Assembly: GCF_032444005.1 (NCBI RefSeq)
Contig: NC_091289.1
Coordinates: forward strand, 34,100,001-34,164,000
From: Ranitomeya imitator
Taxonomy: Eukaryota
Direction: 5' to 3'
Length of the DNA stretch: 64,000 nt
This document shows, piece by piece, positions 60,083-64,000 of this stretch. The notes under the pieces were generated by a model that was not told the DNA's origin, made no database searches, and saw nothing but the letters and a program-made list of their open reading frames with translations. Within the stretch, counting starts at the first letter, position 1. The number at the start of each line of letters is the position of its first letter. Made by a program: the position numbers and the translations under genes.

Positions 60083-63000
60083 ATTGTGGTCCATAGAAAG
60101 CCTATATTTTTTTTCCTTGATTTGGGTTCTAAAATCTACCAGAGAAAATAACTACATCAATCATTGGTAGAAAAATATTGGCCTCTGGGTTTGTGTGCCA
60201 CTCCTGACTCCTGTGTGCGTCATCTCTCAGTCAGTGGGCCATAGAACGCCTATTTTTGGTTTTATTTGTTTTCTAAATTCTCCCTGAAAAAATTATTTTA
60301 TTTTATTTGGTTTCTAAATTCTTCCTGATAAAATCATATTTTTTTTATTATTTTTTTTTCTAAAGTCTCCCTGAAAAAAAAAAAAAAAAACAGTGGGAGA
60401 TTAATATTGGCCTTTCTGCTTGTGTGCCAGTCTTGACTCCTGGGTGCGTCATCTCTCAGTCAGTGGGCCATAGAACGCCTATTTTTGGTTTTATTTGTTT
60501 TATAAATTCTCCCTGAAAAAATCATTTTATTTTATTTGGTTTCTAAATTCTTCCTGATAAAATCATATTTTTTTTATTATTTTTTTTTCTAAAGTCTCCC
60601 TGAAAAAAAAAAAAAAAAAACAACCAAAAAAAACAGTGGGAGATTAATATTGGCCTTTCTGCTTGTGTGCCAGTCTTGACTCCTGGGTGCGTCATCTCTC
60701 AGTCAGTGGGCCATAGAACGCCTATTTTTGGTTTTATTTGTTTTATAAATTCTCCCTGAAAAAATCATTTTATTTTATTTGGTTTCTAAATTCTTCCTGA
60801 TAAAATCATATTTTTTTTATTATTTTTTTTTCTAAAGTCTCCCTGAAAAAAAAAAAAAAAAAAACAACCAAAAAAAACAGTGGGAGATTAATATTGGCCT
60901 TTCTGCTTGTGTGCCAGTCTTGACTCCTGGGTGTGCCATCTCTCTCTCTCTCTCTCTCCAATTGTGGTCCATAGAAAGCCTACATTTTTTTTCCTTGATT
61001 TGGGTTCCAAAATCTACCAGAGAAAATAACTCCATCAATCATTGGTAGAAAAATATTGGCCTCTGGGCTTGTGTGCCACTCCTGATTCCTGTGTGCGTCA
61101 TCTCTCACTCAGTGGCCCATAGAAAGCATATAGTTTGTTACATTTGTTTTCTAAATTCTCCCTGCAAAAATCTATTTTTTTTTTTTTGGGGGGTTTCTAA
61201 AGTGTTCCTGAAAAAAATAAAAATAAAAAAAAAATAATAGTGTGACATTAATATTAACATTTGTGCTTCAGTGACAGTCCTGCGTGTGGGGCATCTCTCT
61301 AATTTGCAGCCACCAAAAAAAGAGTGTGTAACATTGGGCCTGATTTTCGCTGTGGTCTCACCAACCTGTAAAGGGGTAGCTAAATCATACTGAAGTTATA
61401 GCTCACCGTGTAAGTTGTGTGACTGCAACAAATAACGTTAGTTTGGTTACGTTTTTAAAACAATGAGGAAGTCTAGTGGAAGAGGTCGTGGCCGGGGGCG
61501 TTCATTGTCAGCTGGTAATGAGGGTAGTGGTAGTGGTGGAGCATCAGGTGGTCGTGGGGGAAAAAATATTGCACCTAAGTCTGGAGCTGTGGAGCCAGGT
61601 TCGTCGTCCGGCTACACAAGGCCTCGAACGCTCCCTTTTCTGGGATTAGGAAAACCGCTTTTAAAGCCGGAGCAGCAAGAGCAAGTTTTGGCTTATCTTG
61701 CTGACTCAGCCTCTAGCTCTTTTGCCTCATCTCGTGAAACTGGTAAAAGTAAAAGCAGCGCGTCGTTAGTGGATGTTCACGGTCAGGGACAAGTCACTTC
61801 CTTGTCCTCTTCAGCAAAAACAACAACAGAGAAGAATGCAGCAGGCGACACAACGGGTTACTCCATGGAGCTCTTTACACATACCGTCCCTGGCTTAGAA
61901 AGTGAAGCAGTTAACAGTCCATGCCCATTACAAATTGAATCTGACATGGAGTGCACTGACGCACAGCCACAGCCAGACTACTATGCTGGTCCTTTGACTC
62001 AGACCACAACATTGCCCTCGCAGGGTGCTGATCAAGAATCAGACCCTGATGAGACTATGTTGCCCCATCACGAACGCTATACCACCGAACGACACGGTGA
62101 CACAGACGAAGTTGCGCAGGAGGTACAAGAAGAGTTATTAGATGACCCAGTTCTTGACCCCGATTGGCAGCCATTGGGGGAACAGGGTGCAGGCGGCAGC
62201 AGTTCTGAAGCAGAGGAGGAGGAGGGGCCGCAGCAGGCATCAACATCGCCACAGGTTCCATCTGCCGGGCCCGTATCTTGCCCAAAACGCGTGGCAAAGC
62301 CAAAACCTGGTGGAGGACAGCGTGGCCATCCGGTTAAAGCTCAGTCTGCAATGCCTGAAAAGGTATCCGATGCTAGAAAGAGTGCAGTCTGGCATTTTTT
62401 TAAACAACATCCAATTGATCAGCGCAAAGTCATCTGTCAAAAATGTTCTACTTCCTTAAGCAGAGGTCAGAATCTGAAAAGTCTCAATACTAGTTGCATG
62501 CATAGACATTTAACCACCATGCATTTGAAAGCTTGGACTAACTACCAAACGTCCCTTAAGGTTGTTGCACCCTCGGCCAATGAAGCTAGTCATCAACGCA
62601 ACATCCCTTCCGGCAGTGTAGGACCACCATTTAGCGCACCACCTGCTGTATCTGTGCAGGTATCTTTGCCAGGCCAAAGCAGTCAGGGTCAGGGAATCAC
62701 CAGTTTCGTAGTAGGAAACACTGCATCTAGGGCACCGGCGGCAACAATACCATCTCCCACCGTCTCTCAGTCTGCCATGTCCACCGGCACCCCCGCTAGT
62801 TCCACGATCTCCAGCTCTCCAGTCCAGCTCACCCTACATGAGACTATGGTTAGAAAAAGGAAATACTTAGCCTCGCATCCGCGTACACAGGGTTTGAACG
62901 CCCACATAGCTAGACTAATCTCGTTAGAGATGATGCCCTACCGGTTAGTTGAAAGCGAAGCTTTCAAAGACCTGATGGACTACGCTGTACCACGCTACGA

Positions 63001-64000
63001 GCTACCCAGTCGACACTTTTTTTCCAGAAAAGCCATCCCAGCCCTCCACCAGCATGTTAAAGAGCGCATCGTCCATGCACTCAGGCAATCTGTGAGCACA
63101 AAGGTGCACCTGACAACAGATGCATGGACCAGTAGGCATGGCCAGGGACGTTACGTGTCCATCACGGCACACTGGGTAAATGTGGTGGATTCAGGGTCCA
63201 CAGGGGACAGCAAGTTTGGGACAGTTCTGCCTAGCCCACGGTCTAGTAAACAGTTGTCTGTAGCCGTTCGCACCCCCTCCTCCTCCTCCTCCTCGTCCTC
63301 CTGCAGAAGCAAGAGCTCGTCCACAGACCGCAGTCGCACAAACACTCCATCCGCACCTGCCACTGTTGCACACCAGGTCTCCCATTATGGGGCAGCTACT
63401 GGCATACGTCAGCAGGCTGTATTGGCTATGAAGTGTTTGGGCGACAATAGACACACCGCGGAAGTTCTGTCCGAGTTCTTGCAGCAAGAAACGCAGTCGT
63501 GGCTGGGCACTGTAGATCTTGAGGCAGGCAAGGTAGTGAGTGATAACGGAAGGAATTTCATGGCTGCCATCTCCCTTTCCCAACTGAAACACATTCCTTG
63601 CCTGGCTCACACCTTAAACCTGGTGGTGCAGTGCTTCCTGAAAAGTTATCCGGGGTTATCCGACCTGCTCCTCAAAGTGCGTGGACTTTGCGCACATATC
63701 CGCCGTTCGCCTGTACACTCCAGCCGTATGCAGACCTATCAGCGTTCTTTGAACCTTCCCCAGCATCGCCTAATCATAGACGTTGCAACAAGGTGGAACT
63801 CAACACTGCACATGCTTCAGAGACTGTGCGAACAGAGGCGGGCTGTTATGTTTTTGTGGGAGGATACACATACACGGGCAGGCAGTAGGATGGCAGACAT
63901 GGAGTTGTCAGGTGTGCAGTGGTCGAAGATTCAAGACATGTGTCAAGTCCTTCAGTGTTTTGAGGAATGCACACGGCTGGTTAGTGCAGACAACGCCATA
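57904..64000 (+). mobile_element. Second, near-identical copy of the autonomous hAT (runs off the window)
   Basis: Starts exactly at TAGGGTTGAGCGA in a different flank (…ATTACTAC); colinear with 40083 onward at offset 17821/17822. The only difference I noticed is T22 vs T23 (~40863 vs ~58684). Confidence 0.96.
61463..64000 (+). CDS. hAT transposase, second copy, 3'-truncated by the window end
   Basis: ATG AGG AAG TCT at 61463, matching 43641. Missing from the ORF track, presumably because no stop falls inside the window. Confidence 0.93.
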   Translation, partial: MRKSSGRGRGRGRSLSAGNEGSGSGGASGGRGGKNIAPKSGAVEPGSSSGYTRPRTLPFLGLGKPLLKPEQQEQVLAYLADSASSSFASSRETGKSKSSASLVDVHGQGQVTSLSSSAKTTTEKNAAGDTTGYSMELFTHTVPGLESEAVNSPCPLQIESDMECTDAQPQPDYYAGPLTQTTTLPSQGADQESDPDETMLPHHERYTTERHGDTDEVAQEVQEELLDDPVLDPDWQPLGEQGAGGSSSEAEEEEGPQQASTSPQVPSAGPVSCPKRVAKPKPGGGQRGHPVKAQSAMPEKVSDARKSAVWHFFKQHPIDQRKVICQKCSTSLSRGQNLKSLNTSCMHRHLTTMHLKAWTNYQTSLKVVAPSANEASHQRNIPSGSVGPPFSAPPAVSVQVSLPGQSSQGQGITSFVVGNTASRAPAATIPSPTVSQSAMSTGTPASSTISSSPVQLTLHETMVRKRKYLASHPRTQGLNAHIARLISLEMMPYRLVESEAFKDLMDYAVPRYELPSRHFFSRKAIPALHQHVKERIVHALRQSVSTKVHLTTDAWTSRHGQGRYVSITAHWVNVVDSGSTGDSKFGTVLPSPRSSKQLSVAVRTPSSSSSSSSCRSKSSSTDRSRTNTPSAPATVAHQVSHYGAATGIRQQAVLAMKCLGDNRHTAEVLSEFLQQETQSWLGTVDLEAGKVVSDNGRNFMAAISLSQLKHIPCLAHTLNLVVQCFLKSYPGLSDLLLKVRGLCAHIRRSPVHSSRMQTYQRSLNLPQHRLIIDVATRWNSTLHMLQRLCEQRRAVMFLWEDTHTRAGSRMADMELSGVQWSKIQDMCQVLQCFEECTRLVSADNAI

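Noticed and set aside
1-64000. Neighbouring cacna2d3 exons (…MFHKK.EAVR and YEYFNAVLINE…)
   Set aside because: Not found by eye on the minus strand; presumably outside the window.
57904-64000. Segmental duplication of the 40-kb region
   Set aside because: Identity begins exactly at the TIR and the flanks differ.
38-64000. Remaining short ORFs in the six-frame track
   Set aside because: No recognisable domains; most are alternate frames of TEs or low-complexity DNA.

Overview
AT-rich vertebrate DNA, probably anuran (inferred from the repeat families). The only host-gene sequence I can support is one 60-nt minus-strand exon (6330-6389, RLVEAAEEAHLKHEFDADLQ) that I recognise as cacna2d3, so the window is almost entirely intron. 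It is filled with nested mobile DNA. (i) A near-intact 6.3-kb Ty3/gypsy chromovirus (Tf1/sushi-like, 7091-13382, minus) has no tRNA PBS; instead an 11-nt PBS is complementary to its own predicted transcript 5' end, the Tf1 self-priming geometry. (ii) A 15.5-kb hAT transposon (40083-55625) has an intact 1191-aa transposase, three internal satellite arrays and a twice-present covarying ~120-nt hairpin. A virtually identical second copy starts at 57904 and a 977-bp MITE of the same family lies between them. (iii) A Tc2/pogo-like MITE is swollen by ~100 copies of a 55-bp satellite. (iv) Penelope-type inverted elements carry decayed minimal hammerhead ribozymes. (v) There are also piggyBac-like, Kolobok/T2-like and Harbinger-like MITEs, a V-SINE, solo/partial LTRs and an old hAT transposase relic. 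MITEs of three superfamilies share a palindromic CpG-rich core bracketed by outward-facing 5' splice sites. All family assignments are from motif recognition, not database searches.
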